From an uncultured Solibacteraceae bacterium (lineage in GTDB: Bacteria; Acidobacteriota; Terriglobia; 20CM-2-55-15): DNA of 49,103 nt. Each line of letters opens with the position of its first letter. The first letter of the stretch is position 1. Below, one piece after another: positions 18,101 through 27,719 of the stretch. The translations under genes were made by a program, and so were the position numbers. A model generated the notes under the pieces. That model saw nothing but the letters and a program-made list of their open reading frames with translations. It was not told where the DNA came from and searched no databases. The stretch lies in contig CAZOZZ010000002.1 of assembly GCA_964584435.1 (NCBI GenBank), positions 5,050 through 54,152 of the forward strand. Reading direction: 5' to 3'.

Positions 18101-21100
18101 ATGGAACCCAGACAAGAACTGCTTCGAAGAATCCAAAAGGTCCGGGGAAAGTGGAATCGCTTCATCTGGTTCCGGGGCCTGGCCTGGTTACTGGGTGTCG
18201 GCGTCGCAGCACTTGTTGTGGCCATGACCATTGCGGAATCGGCCGACGTCCCCTCGTGGATGGTCGTGGCGATGCGCGTAGGACTTTTCCTGGCCGTTGT
18301 GGCCACAGCAGTGAAGACTCTGGTACTGCCGCTCCGCCGGAAACCGGACGATGCTCAACTGGCACGTTTCGTGGAAGAGAAACATCCAGGTCTTGAAGAT
18401 CGTCTCACCAGCGCCGTCGAACTCGTCCGGAAAGCGCCATCCGACCACGGTCCTTTCGGGATTCTCCTGATCCGCGACGCCCTGGAAAGAACCCGGCGCA
18501 TCCGTTTTGACGATCTGGTAGACCGAACCCGGTACAACACTTTTGCGACGCTGTCAGGGGTTTTCCTCGCAGCGCTTCTGGTTGCAGTGTATTTCTCCAC
18601 GCTGTTCTTCCCGTATGGAAGCGCGCGGTTGTTCGCGGGCTTCCTGGAACCGCCTCCTGCGCCGGCCTTCCTCATCGAGGTCACTCCTGGTGACACGACG
18701 GTTCCGCGCGGCAGCGACGTGGTCTTGTCGGCGATTACTCCGGGGTTCGATCCCGAGCGTGCCGAAGTGCATCTGCGATACGACAACAGCTCCCAATGGG
18801 AAGCTTCTACGATGGAGGTTACACCGCAGACGGTCCCGACCTTCAGTCACCTTCTCTTCAACGTTCAAGAGCCGATTCGGTATTTCGTCGAGGCCGGCGG
18901 ACATAAGTCATCTGAGTTCGTCATCTCCGTGGCGGATCTTCCGCGAGTCGAGAGCCTGGACTATACCTACAATTTTCCCCGCTACACCCGGTTGGCTACC
19001 AGGACCGAAGTGAGTGCGCTCGACATGGTGGCGCTCAAGGGAACCACGGTTGACATGACCGTTCATGCCAGCCAGGAGGTGTCCGCCGGTCGTCTGGTGT
19101 TTGCGGATGGCCGTGAGGTCGAACTCGTCCCGGGTGCGGAGCAATCGGCCACGGCAACGGTAACGGTTGACAGGAGCACGACCTTCCGAATCGAACTGAC
19201 CAACACCAGCGGACAGAAGTACCTGGGGTTGGAAGAGTATGCGATGGATGCGCTCGACGATCAGAATCCACTGGTGGAGTTCACCGAGCCGGGACGCGAT
19301 TTCAAAGCGTCGACCGTCGAAGAGGTATTTACCGAATTGCGGGCCGAGGATGATCTCGGAGTCAACACGCTCGAGCTCTATTTCTCCGTCAACGGCGGGA
19401 ACGAACAGAAGATCGATCTCTTCAGCAACAACGGGACCGCACCGAAGGATATCTCAGGCAGTTACACGTTCTTCATGGAGGAGTACGAGATTCAACCCGG
19501 TGACTTCATCACCTACTACGGAAAGGCCGTCGATTCGAGCCGGCCGTCGAACTCCGTGATGACCGATATCTATTTCATCGAGATCCGTCCCTTCGGCAAG
19601 GAATACACGCAGGGTCAGGCCGGCGGTGGCGGTGGCGGTGGTGGAGGTGGAGGTGGTCAGGATGATTCCGCCGAAGCACTGTCGAAACGACAGAAGGAAA
19701 TCATTTCCGCTACGTTCAATCTCATCCGTGACGAGGAAAACTTCGATCCCTCCGAGTATTCCGACAACATCCAGGCTGTTGCCGAGAGCCAGAGCAAACT
19801 GGCCGAACAGACCCAGACCCTGATGACACGTTTAACGCGGCGGGGGCTTGCGTTCCAGGACAAGATCGGGCAGCTGACCGAGAATATGGAGACGGCTCTG
19901 GAGCAGATGGGGCCGGCGGCTCAGCAGTTGGGTGAAGAGAAACTCGAAGACGCGCTACCGTTCGAGCAGAAGGCGCTGCAGCACCTCATGCGGGCCGAAG
20001 CCCTGTTCAATGAGATCCAGGTGACGATGGGCGGCGGCGGTGGAGGTGGTGGAGGTGGTGGCCAGAGCGCCGAAGACCTCGCCGACCTCTTTGATCTGGA
20101 ACTGGACCAGAACAAGAACCAGTACGAGACACTTCAACGCGGCGAACTGTCCCAGAACCAGGAGCAGGAAATGGAGGAGGCTCTCCGTAAGCTCCAGGAA
20201 CTCGCCGCACGCCAGCAGAAGATGATGGAGCAGCAGCGGCGTCAGGCCGCGGCCGGCGGCAGGGGTACTGGAAGCCAGCAGATGACCGCCGAGGAACTGC
20301 GCCGGGAGACCGAACGGCTTGCCCGAAATCTGGAGAAGCTTTCCCGGGAGAACAACGACCGTCAGATGGCCAACGTGAGTCGGGCCTTGCAGCAGGCGGC
20401 CCGCGACATGCAGCAGGCGGCCAGCGGTGGCAGCCAGGAGCAACAACAAGCTTCCGAACGTGCCATGGAACAGCTGGAACGGGCCCAGCGGATGTTGGCG
20501 AATGCCCAGGGTGGAAGTCTTGACGAGCGGTTGGCCAACCTGCAGCAGGAGGCTCGCGAACTCTCCCAGGAGCAGGGCCGAATCGCCGAGGAAACCGAGC
20601 GGCTTGCGGCCGACCCGCAGAACAACCCCCAGCAACGTTCCGCTCAGATCGGCGAGCAAAAGAAAGAGGCTCTCGAGGACCTCCAGCGGCTCGAGGAAGG
20701 TCTCGAGGCGGTTCAGAACACGTCGGAAAGCCGCGAGACCGCCGCCCGAATCCGATCCGCCTCCAACGCGATCAAATCCGGCCGCCTGGTTGACAAGATG
20801 AACCAGGGCCAGGAACTGCTCGACAACGGGTACTTCGAGTACGCGGCGCAGAGGGAGCGCGACATCGAGAAAGCTGTCAACGACATCGAGAGGCAGCTCG
20901 GAGAAGCTGCGGCCAACGCAGCCAATACCGAGGAAAAGCAGCTTCAGACCGCGCTGAACCAGACCAGCGAAGCGATTCGCCGGCTCGAATCCATGCAGCG
21001 GCGAATGGAGAACGAGCAGGGCCAACAGGGCCAGGAGGATCAGCAAGGCCAAGGTCAGGAAGGTCAGCAGGGTCAGGGCCAGCAGGGCCAGGGCCAGGAA

Positions 21101-21619
21101 GGCCAGGGGCAGGGCCAGGGTCAGCAGGGCCAGGGTCAGCAGGGCCAGCAGGGCCAGGGTGGTCAGGGTCAGGGCGGCCAGCAGGGCCAGGGTGGTGGGC
21201 CTCGGGGAGGACAGCCTGGAGAGGGCTTCCGCGGGGGCGACGGCACACGTGGGCCCCTCGGTGGTGATATCCGCCAGGTTACCCGGGAGTGGGAAGAAAG
21301 GTTGCGGGACATTCAGGAAATTCGCGATCAGCTGGGGCGTAACAATCCCCTGACCGGCGACCTGAATCGGATCATGGAGGCAGTGCGACGCCGAATGGAT
21401 GGCCAATTCCATGGAGATCCGGCAGAGATCGAAGCACTGCGACGTGAGGTCATCGACCCGTTCCGTTCCATCGAACTCGAACTGAGCCGTGAGCTGCAGG
21501 TCCTGATCGGCAAGGAGAACATCCGCTCGGCAGCCGATGAGGAAATTCCCGCGGGCTACAAAAAGTTGGTCGAGGATTATTACAAGAAACTTTCCGACCG
21601 CCCGGGACCGAACAACTAG
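18101..21619 (+). CDS. DUF4175-like membrane protein with Ig-like domains and a long Q/E-rich coiled coil
   Basis: SD aaggag; N-terminal TMs; LEDRLTSAVE; AEDDLGV; poly-Gly tracts; QGQ repeats; C-terminal IPAGYKKLVEDYYKKLS. Confidence 0.8.
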   Translation: MEPRQELLRRIQKVRGKWNRFIWFRGLAWLLGVGVAALVVAMTIAESADVPSWMVVAMRVGLFLAVVATAVKTLVLPLRRKPDDAQLARFVEEKHPGLEDRLTSAVELVRKAPSDHGPFGILLIRDALERTRRIRFDDLVDRTRYNTFATLSGVFLAALLVAVYFSTLFFPYGSARLFAGFLEPPPAPAFLIEVTPGDTTVPRGSDVVLSAITPGFDPERAEVHLRYDNSSQWEASTMEVTPQTVPTFSHLLFNVQEPIRYFVEAGGHKSSEFVISVADLPRVESLDYTYNFPRYTRLATRTEVSALDMVALKGTTVDMTVHASQEVSAGRLVFADGREVELVPGAEQSATATVTVDRSTTFRIELTNTSGQKYLGLEEYAMDALDDQNPLVEFTEPGRDFKASTVEEVFTELRAEDDLGVNTLELYFSVNGGNEQKIDLFSNNGTAPKDISGSYTFFMEEYEIQPGDFITYYGKAVDSSRPSNSVMTDIYFIEIRPFGKEYTQGQAGGGGGGGGGGGGQDDSAEALSKRQKEIISATFNLIRDEENFDPSEYSDNIQAVAESQSKLAEQTQTLMTRLTRRGLAFQDKIGQLTENMETALEQMGPAAQQLGEEKLEDALPFEQKALQHLMRAEALFNEIQVTMGGGGGGGGGGGQSAEDLADLFDLELDQNKNQYETLQRGELSQNQEQEMEEALRKLQELAARQQKMMEQQRRQAAAGGRGTGSQQMTAEELRRETERLARNLEKLSRENNDRQMANVSRALQQAARDMQQAASGGSQEQQQASERAMEQLERAQRMLANAQGGSLDERLANLQQEARELSQEQGRIAEETERLAADPQNNPQQRSAQIGEQKKEALEDLQRLEEGLEAVQNTSESRETAARIRSASNAIKSGRLVDKMNQGQELLDNGYFEYAAQRERDIEKAVNDIERQLGEAAANAANTEEKQLQTALNQTSEAIRRLESMQRRMENEQGQQGQEDQQGQGQEGQQGQGQQGQGQEGQGQGQGQQGQGQQGQQGQGGQGQGGQQGQGGGPRGGQPGEGFRGGDGTRGPLGGDIRQVTREWEERLRDIQEIRDQLGRNNPLTGDLNRIMEAVRRRMDGQFHGDPAEIEALRREVIDPFRSIELELSRELQVLIGKENIRSAADEEIPAGYKKLVEDYYKKLSDRPGPNN
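21016..21200 (+). repeat. Coding low-complexity Gln-Gly-Gln repeat (CAGGGY units)
   Basis: Encodes QGQQGQEDQQGQGQEGQQGQGQQGQGQ... inside the DUF4175-like gene. Confidence 0.85.
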
Positions 21620-21762
21620 GGGTCCCTGCCAGATGGAGTCGCAGACGCATTTTATGGCGTCGCTCGGCTACACCTGGGGAGAGTTCCCAGGTGTCTGCCC
21701 CTCCGAGAACTCGTGCACTTACACCTTTCGAGGGTTCCGCCGGTAGTTCCTCGACCGGGAGA

Positions 21763-23568
21763 TCATGGCGTGGCTTCCGGTTTTCCGGCCAACAACCCCT
21801 GGACTTTCTGGATATTCAACTCTGCCGCAGTGTAGCCCGGACGGAGATCGAGGACCCGGGTCCAGACATCGATTGCTTCCTGCCACCTCTCCAAGCGGGC
21901 ATAGGTCACACCCAGATTGAAATAGGCGTCGACTTGATTCGGAAAGATCCGGATGGCTTCCCGATAGCAATCGACGGATTCTTCGAGCCTTGACTCCCGG
22001 GCTAACGTAGTGCAGTAATTCCCGTGCGCCTGCGCCAGCGCCGGATCGAGTTCCCTGGCCTTTCGATAGTTCTGGCGGGCCTCCGAGATGTTGTTCTGGC
22101 CCAACAGTATGTTTCCCAAGTCATTGTAGATGGTCGCCTGTCCCGGTTCGAGGCGGATGGCTTGCTGGTATTGTCGTACGGCCTCGTCAGGCCAGCCGAC
22201 TTTCAGGAAGGCATTACCAAACGCCTTGTATGCCCTCGAGCTGTCCGCGTAATGCGTAACCAACTCCAGTCGGAAGGTGAGTTCGTTCTTCCAGACTTCA
22301 TTCTTCACAACGGTTGTTGCCGAGTAAAAAATCACAAGGCCCACCGTCGAAATGGCCGGCAGCCATTCGAGTGCCTTCCTGTTCAGGCCATCCCAGCCAA
22401 GCGCACCGAGCTTTGTCATCAACATGCCCAGAATCAGACAAAAGCCCATGACGGGGAAGTAGAGGTATCTCACCGCAATGAAATTCTGAATCGGGATGAT
22501 GTTTGAGACCGGCAACAACGTGATGAAAATCCAAAGGATTCCGAAGGACGTCATTTTCTGAGTCCGGTAAAAATTCACCGCAAGGGTTAGAAGGAAAAGT
22601 ATCAGAACAATCGGGACAAGCGCCTCGAGTGAAAACAGTGTGCCTGGGTAGTACCCCGTATCGGGAATGGTCGGATGAAAACCAATCGGAACCAGCATCC
22701 AGGTAAGATACTGTCCGAAGACTTTCAGGGTGGTGAGCACATTGAGGTAGAAGCTTCCACCGTGATATCCGATGTCAAGACTCTCCGCTGGCTTGAAGAC
22801 TTCGAATCTAACCCAGAGATAGAAAAGGCTTATGACCCAGAATCCGAGATAGCGGGACCATATCCGTGAGGAGACCTTCCTCAAGTTCCAGTCACAGCAA
22901 AAGTAACAATCGTAAACGACAAGAACGACAGGCAAGGTGATCGCCATCTCTTTGGAAAACAGAGCCAGGGCGTAGAAAATGAGCGATGCCCCATACAGAG
23001 GAATCCTTGCTGACTTCGTCGAGGATTCGAGTTTGACAAAGAGAATCATTGAGCTCATGACGAACAGGAAGGCCAACAGATCCTCGCGGAAGGAGACGAC
23101 CGTAACCGCCTCCGTATTCAAGGGATGCACCCCGAAAAACAGAGCCGAAATAAGGGCCGCAACTCTATTTCTTGTGACGAAAGACAGAAATACGAAGACA
23201 AGGACGACGTTGGCCAGATGAAAAATGAGATTGCTCAAATGATGCCCGAAGGGGTTGAGCTTCCACACGGCATGATCAATGAACACGGACATCGTCGCGA
23301 CGGGCCGGTAACTGTTCTCTCCTGACCCGATGGGATAATTGCCCACGTATTCCGTTTCGACCGGGTCGGTGATGTATTCCCTGGTGAAGATCTTGGGGAA
23401 ATTTTCCCAGGAATGGGTGAAGGGGTTGTTGACCACGACCAGGAAGTCATCCCAGACAAAATCGTAGCTCAAGGTCGGGGAATAGACGACGAAGGTCAAC
23501 AGGACGATGAGGATCATCGAGCCCAGCGTTTTTCTTCCTGACCACTGTTGTTCGATCATTTCAGCCAA
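21763..23568 (-). CDS. TMTC-like GT-C glycosyltransferase (protein O-mannosyltransferase-like) with C-terminal TPRs
   Basis: FVWDD acidic loop, YRPV, NLIFH, FGVHPLNTEAV, LFSKE, RYLYFP; many TMs; TPR-like repeats at the C-terminus. Confidence 0.85.
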   Translation of the reverse strand: MAEMIEQQWSGRKTLGSMILIVLLTFVVYSPTLSYDFVWDDFLVVVNNPFTHSWENFPKIFTREYITDPVETEYVGNYPIGSGENSYRPVATMSVFIDHAVWKLNPFGHHLSNLIFHLANVVLVFVFLSFVTRNRVAALISALFFGVHPLNTEAVTVVSFREDLLAFLFVMSSMILFVKLESSTKSARIPLYGASLIFYALALFSKEMAITLPVVLVVYDCYFCCDWNLRKVSSRIWSRYLGFWVISLFYLWVRFEVFKPAESLDIGYHGGSFYLNVLTTLKVFGQYLTWMLVPIGFHPTIPDTGYYPGTLFSLEALVPIVLILFLLTLAVNFYRTQKMTSFGILWIFITLLPVSNIIPIQNFIAVRYLYFPVMGFCLILGMLMTKLGALGWDGLNRKALEWLPAISTVGLVIFYSATTVVKNEVWKNELTFRLELVTHYADSSRAYKAFGNAFLKVGWPDEAVRQYQQAIRLEPGQATIYNDLGNILLGQNNISEARQNYRKARELDPALAQAHGNYCTTLARESRLEESVDCYREAIRIFPNQVDAYFNLGVTYARLERWQEAIDVWTRVLDLRPGYTAAELNIQKVQGLLAGKPEATP

Positions 23569-23802
23569 GCATTCCTAAGTTACAGATTTCAAAATGATAA
23601 GCAGGGTCACAAGCAAGTCCCGAAGCCCGGCGTCGATGATGCTTCGCTTCGGTTCGACAAAGTGGTGGCAATCTCCGTGATTGTACAGTCGGGCCGGTGC
23701 CGGCAGACAATTATCCGGATTTTTTCCATCGACAGGGAACTTATTGGAAGTTTGCACGTATTCTCCTCTGTGGGCGATTTGTGCGTCCGTTTCTGAAGAG
23801 AT

Positions 23803-23834
23803 CATTGTTGGCATTGTTGGCATTGTTGGCATTG
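23803..23834. repeat. 9-bp tandem repeat CATTGTTGG x3.5
   Basis: Three exact copies at 23803-23829 plus CATTG, ending just before the ATG at 23839. Confidence 0.9.
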
Positions 23835-23838
23835 GGGG

Positions 23839-24636
23839 ATGAAGATTATGGGGTTTCGAACGACATCGATGTTAGTGTTCCTGGCTTCCTGCCTTTCGGG
23901 CTGTGGGGGCAACCTCCACTCGGAGCTGCGTGCACAGGTAGGAGGTTCCGAGTGCCGGTACGGCGCCGAAGCAGAGATTTCTCTGGACGCTTCGGCTACC
24001 GACAGGCTTGAACTCACTGCAGGATCGGGCGGGCTCAAGGTAGAGGGGCGCCGGGATCTGGGCCAGGTAAGAGCTACGGTGCGAACGTGCGCATCGGATT
24101 CGGAGTATCTCGACGAGCTCGAGGCCACCCTCAACCGTGAAGGCAGTGACATCATCCTCGAAACTCATTACCCCGACTTGTCCGGTTTCCGCTTTGGCAA
24201 CAACGTCGCACGCATTGACCTGGTCGTGGAGATACCGCTCGGCATGGCGGTCGCAATCGACGACTCTTCCGGTTCCATGGAGGTTTCCGGTACTGGAGCC
24301 CTTCGCATCGACGACTCTTCCGGTTCCATCGACGTCAGGGGTATCACCGGTTCGGTGAGCATCGACGATTCCTCGGGAGGCGTGGAAGTGCAGGATATTG
24401 CAGGTGATGTCGAGATCGACGACGGATCCGGCTCGATCGAGGTCCGCGATATTGACGGTACACTACGTGTGCGCGACAACTCGGGTTCCATCGACGTCGT
24501 CGATGTACGCCAGAACGTAATCGTCGAACGTGACGGTTCGGGCTCCATCAACGTCCGGGATGTTCTTGGCGACTTTACGGTGCTGCGTGATGGCAGCGGC
24601 GGGATTCGGCACAGAAACGTAGAAGGCCGGGTGTAG
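23839..24636 (+). CDS. DUF4097-type beta-strand-repeat lipoprotein (putative adhesin family)
   Basis: LSGC lipobox; repeated IDDSSGS(I/M/V)xV units. Confidence 0.82.
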   Translation: MKIMGFRTTSMLVFLASCLSGCGGNLHSELRAQVGGSECRYGAEAEISLDASATDRLELTAGSGGLKVEGRRDLGQVRATVRTCASDSEYLDELEATLNREGSDIILETHYPDLSGFRFGNNVARIDLVVEIPLGMAVAIDDSSGSMEVSGTGALRIDDSSGSIDVRGITGSVSIDDSSGGVEVQDIAGDVEIDDGSGSIEVRDIDGTLRVRDNSGSIDVVDVRQNVIVERDGSGSINVRDVLGDFTVLRDGSGGIRHRNVEGRV

Positions 24637-24657
24637 ATCCCGAAGGGGAAGCGGAAT

Positions 24658-24800
24658 TAGCGAGTAGCAATCAGCGAGTAGCGGGCAGCTTTCGATCGGG
24701 AGTCTGCTGAGCGTTGCTCGCGTCCACCTTCCCGACCCCGGACGCCGGACCACGGACTCCCCTCATCCATCTGTGTAATCCGCGTAATCTGCGGAAAGAT
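24658..24800. repeat. Composite repeat block between the convergent DUF4097 and glyA genes (TAGCGAG heptamers, CGGACNN heptamers, AATCYGCGT nonamers)
   Basis: tagcgagtagcaatcagcgagtagcgggcagc; ccgaccccggacgccggaccacggactcc; atctgtgtaatccgcgtaatctgcgg. Confidence 0.8.
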
Positions 24801-24809
24801 TCGGTCCCC

Positions 24810-26084
24810 CTACCCCCGTCCCGCGTAAAGCGGGAACCCGGAGCATAATTCGCTGACCGCTCCCCGGATTCGCGCGATCGTACTCTCGTCGTCGACATGT
24901 TCGAGGACGTCGGCGATCCAGCCTCCGATCGTTGTCATTTCGGCTTCGCCCATGCCGCGCGTCGTCAGGGCGGGCGTTCCAATCCGGATGCCGCTGGGTT
25001 TCATCGGTGGGTTTGTATCGAAAGGAATGGTGTTCTTGTTCACGGTTATTCCCGCCCGCTCCAGCGCCTGTTCGGCCTCGGCTCCGTTCGGGCCTTTCGA
25101 GAAGACGTCCACGAGCATCAGGTGGGTGTCCGTGCCGCCCGAGACGATACGGAAACCCCGCGATGCGATCTCATCAGCCATGGCCTTCGCGTTCGTGATC
25201 ACCTGGCGAATGTATTCCCGGAAATCGTCCGTTGCGGCTTCTTTAAAGCAGATCGCCTTGGCTGCGATCACATGAACGAGGGGGCCACCCTGCATTTCCG
25301 GGAAGACCGAACGATTCACATCCTTGCGAAATTCTTCACGGCACATGATGAGGCCGCTGCGGGGGCCCCGCAGGGTCTTGTGTGTCGTGCTGGTCACAAA
25401 CTCAAAATGCGGAACCGGGCTGGGATGTTCCCCTGCCGCAACGAGGCCGGCAATGTGGGCAATGTCGGCCATCACGAGCGCCCCCACTTCCCTGGCGACA
25501 GCAGCGATTCTCGCGAAATCGATGATCCTTGGGTAGGCGCTGGCACCGACGACGATCATCCGCGGCTTGTGTTCACGTGCAAGTCTTTCGAGTTCGTCGT
25601 AGTCGATGGTCTCGGTGTCCTTGCGAACGCCGTAAGGAACCACGTTGTAATACTTTCCCGAAAAATTCAGCGGATGGCCGTGTGTCAGGTGGCCTCCGTG
25701 AGACAGGTTCATCCCGAGGATCGTGTCGCCCGGCTTGAGGGCGGTGAGATAGACGGCCATGTTGGCCTGGCTGCCCGAATGGGGCTGGACGTTGACGTGC
25801 TCCGCCCCGAAGAGAGTCTTGGCGCGTTCGATGGCCAGGCGCTCGACGACATCGGCGAATTCACAGCCACCATAGTAGCGGCGACCCGGATAACCTTCGG
25901 CGTACTTGTTAGTGAACACCGACCCCGTGGTTTCGAGCACGGCCTCGTAAGTGAAGTTCTCTGAAGCGATCAACTCAAGCCCGTCGGATTGTCTCCGTTC
26001 TTCATTCTTGATTGCTTCGTAAATATCAGAATCTAAATCTTTTAGTGGGGTGTCGATATGTCGTCCGACAGCATGACTCTTCAT
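24810..26084 (-). CDS. glyA: Serine hydroxymethyltransferase
   Basis: [66 protein letters not shown]; SD ggagg. Confidence 0.98.
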   Translation of the reverse strand: MKSHAVGRHIDTPLKDLDSDIYEAIKNEERRQSDGLELIASENFTYEAVLETTGSVFTNKYAEGYPGRRYYGGCEFADVVERLAIERAKTLFGAEHVNVQPHSGSQANMAVYLTALKPGDTILGMNLSHGGHLTHGHPLNFSGKYYNVVPYGVRKDTETIDYDELERLAREHKPRMIVVGASAYPRIIDFARIAAVAREVGALVMADIAHIAGLVAAGEHPSPVPHFEFVTSTTHKTLRGPRSGLIMCREEFRKDVNRSVFPEMQGGPLVHVIAAKAICFKEAATDDFREYIRQVITNAKAMADEIASRGFRIVSGGTDTHLMLVDVFSKGPNGAEAEQALERAGITVNKNTIPFDTNPPMKPSGIRIGTPALTTRGMGEAEMTTIGGWIADVLEHVDDESTIARIRGAVSELCSGFPLYAGRG

Positions 26085-26100
26085 CGGGCCCTCCGCGGTT

Positions 26101-26124
26101 CACTCTAACATGCTGTGCTATAAT
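26101..26124. promoter_or_regulatory. Back-to-back extended -10 promoters: TG-c-TATAAT (+, toward moeA) and TG-t-TAGAGT (-, toward glyA)
   Basis: Both lie in the 48-bp divergent spacer; the + strand TATAAT (26119-26124) is 8 nt before the ATG at 26133. Confidence 0.6.
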
Positions 26125-26132
26125 CCCGCATC

Positions 26133-26486
26133 ATGTTTGGCCTCCTGCCCCGCGGCACATCCTACATTCTCGTCGCCGCAATCGTGGTCCTCCTGGGCGT
26201 CACCTACGTTCCTATTTACGTCAATGCCTACCAGTTCAATGACGCCGTCCGCCAGGTCCCAAAGTTCTCCGGAACCGGGGGGCGTTCGCCGCGGGTGATG
26301 AAGGAGGCGATCCTGACGAAAGCCGAGGAATTCGACATACCCGTTACGTCCGACGGTGTCACGGTGACGCGGGATGGCGTGGCTCTCACCGTGGAGATCA
26401 ACTACAAAGTTCCCGTCGACCTGCGGTTTTACCAGCATGAACTCTCATTCGATTCTCGACTCACGGGCGAGACGTTCGCCCGATGA
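26133..26486 (+). CDS. Small membrane-anchored protein, DUF4845/pilin-like
   Basis: One N-terminal TM, PIYVNAYQF and VEINYKVPVDL resemble DUF4845-type proteins; overlaps the moeA start. Confidence 0.55.
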   Translation: MFGLLPRGTSYILVAAIVVLLGVTYVPIYVNAYQFNDAVRQVPKFSGTGGRSPRVMKEAILTKAEEFDIPVTSDGVTVTRDGVALTVEINYKVPVDLRFYQHELSFDSRLTGETFAR

Positions 26487-27706
26487 TTTCGATCGAGGAG
26501 GCGCTGGAAATCGTTACTTCCCTGGCACGTGCGAAAGTCGGTCCGGATTTCATGCCCGCCGAGCGGGTTCCTCTTCCATCCAGCGTGGGGCGGGTCCTTC
26601 GCGAGGATGCCCGAGCCGATGCGGATTCGCCGCCCTTTGATCGATCCATAAAAGATGGCTTTGCGCTTCGTGTCTCGGACCTGACAGACACAGGCGCGGA
26701 TCTGAAGGTTGTCGGCGAATCCAGGGCCGGGAAATCCTTTGAAGGCGTTGTCGGTCCCGGGGAATGTTGCGAGATCATGACTGGTGCAGCCGTGCCGGCC
26801 GGAGCCGAGGCGGTCGTCATGGTCGAGTACACCGAACGGCCCTCTGATGTTATCGTTCGTATCCTGCGGGGTGCCGGAGGGGGCGAAAATATCCAGTCCA
26901 TGGGTACCGAAGCCCACCGTGATGATCTGATTTTTGGATCGGGCCGCGGAATCCGGACCTCGGATCTCGGCATTCTCGCAACCGTGGGAAAGTCCCAGGT
27001 GTCGGTGTCGAGGAAGCCCCGCGTGGCGATCGTTTCGACCGGAGACGAACTCGTCGATGTTGATCGACAGCCAGGTCGGGACCAGATACGCAACAGCAAC
27101 AGCTACACCCTTTACGCCCAGGTCCTCGAAGCCGGTGGTGAACCCGAAATGCTTGGGATTGCCAGGGACGATGCGGACGATCTCCGGGACAAGATCGGCG
27201 AAGGCCTGAAGCGGGATATCCTGCTGGTCTCCGGCGGTGTATCGATGGGCAAGTACGACCTGGTCGAGGGAATCTTTGACGAGTTCGGTGTCGAGGTTTC
27301 GTTCGACAAGGTTGCGATGAAGCCAGGCAAGCCCACAGTTTTTGGCCACCGGGACAAGACGTTCGTATTCGGCCTGCCCGGAAATCCGGTCTCTACGATG
27401 GTGTCATTTCAGCTATTTGTCCGTCCGTTGATCCGTTTGCTGCTACAGGCCGCCGACGTGGATGGGACTGTGCTGGAGGCGGTCCTTAACGAGAAGATGC
27501 GCTGCGATAACGTTCGGTTTGCGTGCGTGCCGGCGTCGGTACGATTTCGAAATGGATCTTATCGACTGTCCCGGGTCAAGTGGAAGGGCTCGTCCGACCT
27601 CGTGGGCTTGTCACAGGCCAACGCATACGTCCTCCTACCCAGCCAGGAAGGGTGGCTGGAAGCCGGTGCGGTTGTGAAATTCATTCCGATAGCAGCAAGT
27701 TGCTGA
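26483..27706 (+). CDS. moeA: Molybdopterin molybdenumtransferase
   Basis: PPFDRSIKDGFA, IMTGAAVP, STGDEL, IRNSNS, SGGVSMGKYD, KPGKP, GLPGNPVS. Confidence 0.95.
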   Translation: MISIEEALEIVTSLARAKVGPDFMPAERVPLPSSVGRVLREDARADADSPPFDRSIKDGFALRVSDLTDTGADLKVVGESRAGKSFEGVVGPGECCEIMTGAAVPAGAEAVVMVEYTERPSDVIVRILRGAGGGENIQSMGTEAHRDDLIFGSGRGIRTSDLGILATVGKSQVSVSRKPRVAIVSTGDELVDVDRQPGRDQIRNSNSYTLYAQVLEAGGEPEMLGIARDDADDLRDKIGEGLKRDILLVSGGVSMGKYDLVEGIFDEFGVEVSFDKVAMKPGKPTVFGHRDKTFVFGLPGNPVSTMVSFQLFVRPLIRLLLQAADVDGTVLEAVLNEKMRCDNVRFACVPASVRFRNGSYRLSRVKWKGSSDLVGLSQANAYVLLPSQEGWLEAGAVVKFIPIAASC

Positions 27707-27719
27707 CCAGGAGTGTTGA

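Noticed and set aside
23575-23832. 85-aa ORF starting MPTMPTMPTM as a leader or RiPP precursor
   Set aside because: The repeat is just the translation of the CATTGTTGG tandem; there is no SD and no modifying enzymes are adjacent.
26085-26132. Moco riboswitch upstream of the moeA operon
   Set aside because: The spacer is only 48 bp and is filled by two promoters, leaving no room for the aptamer.
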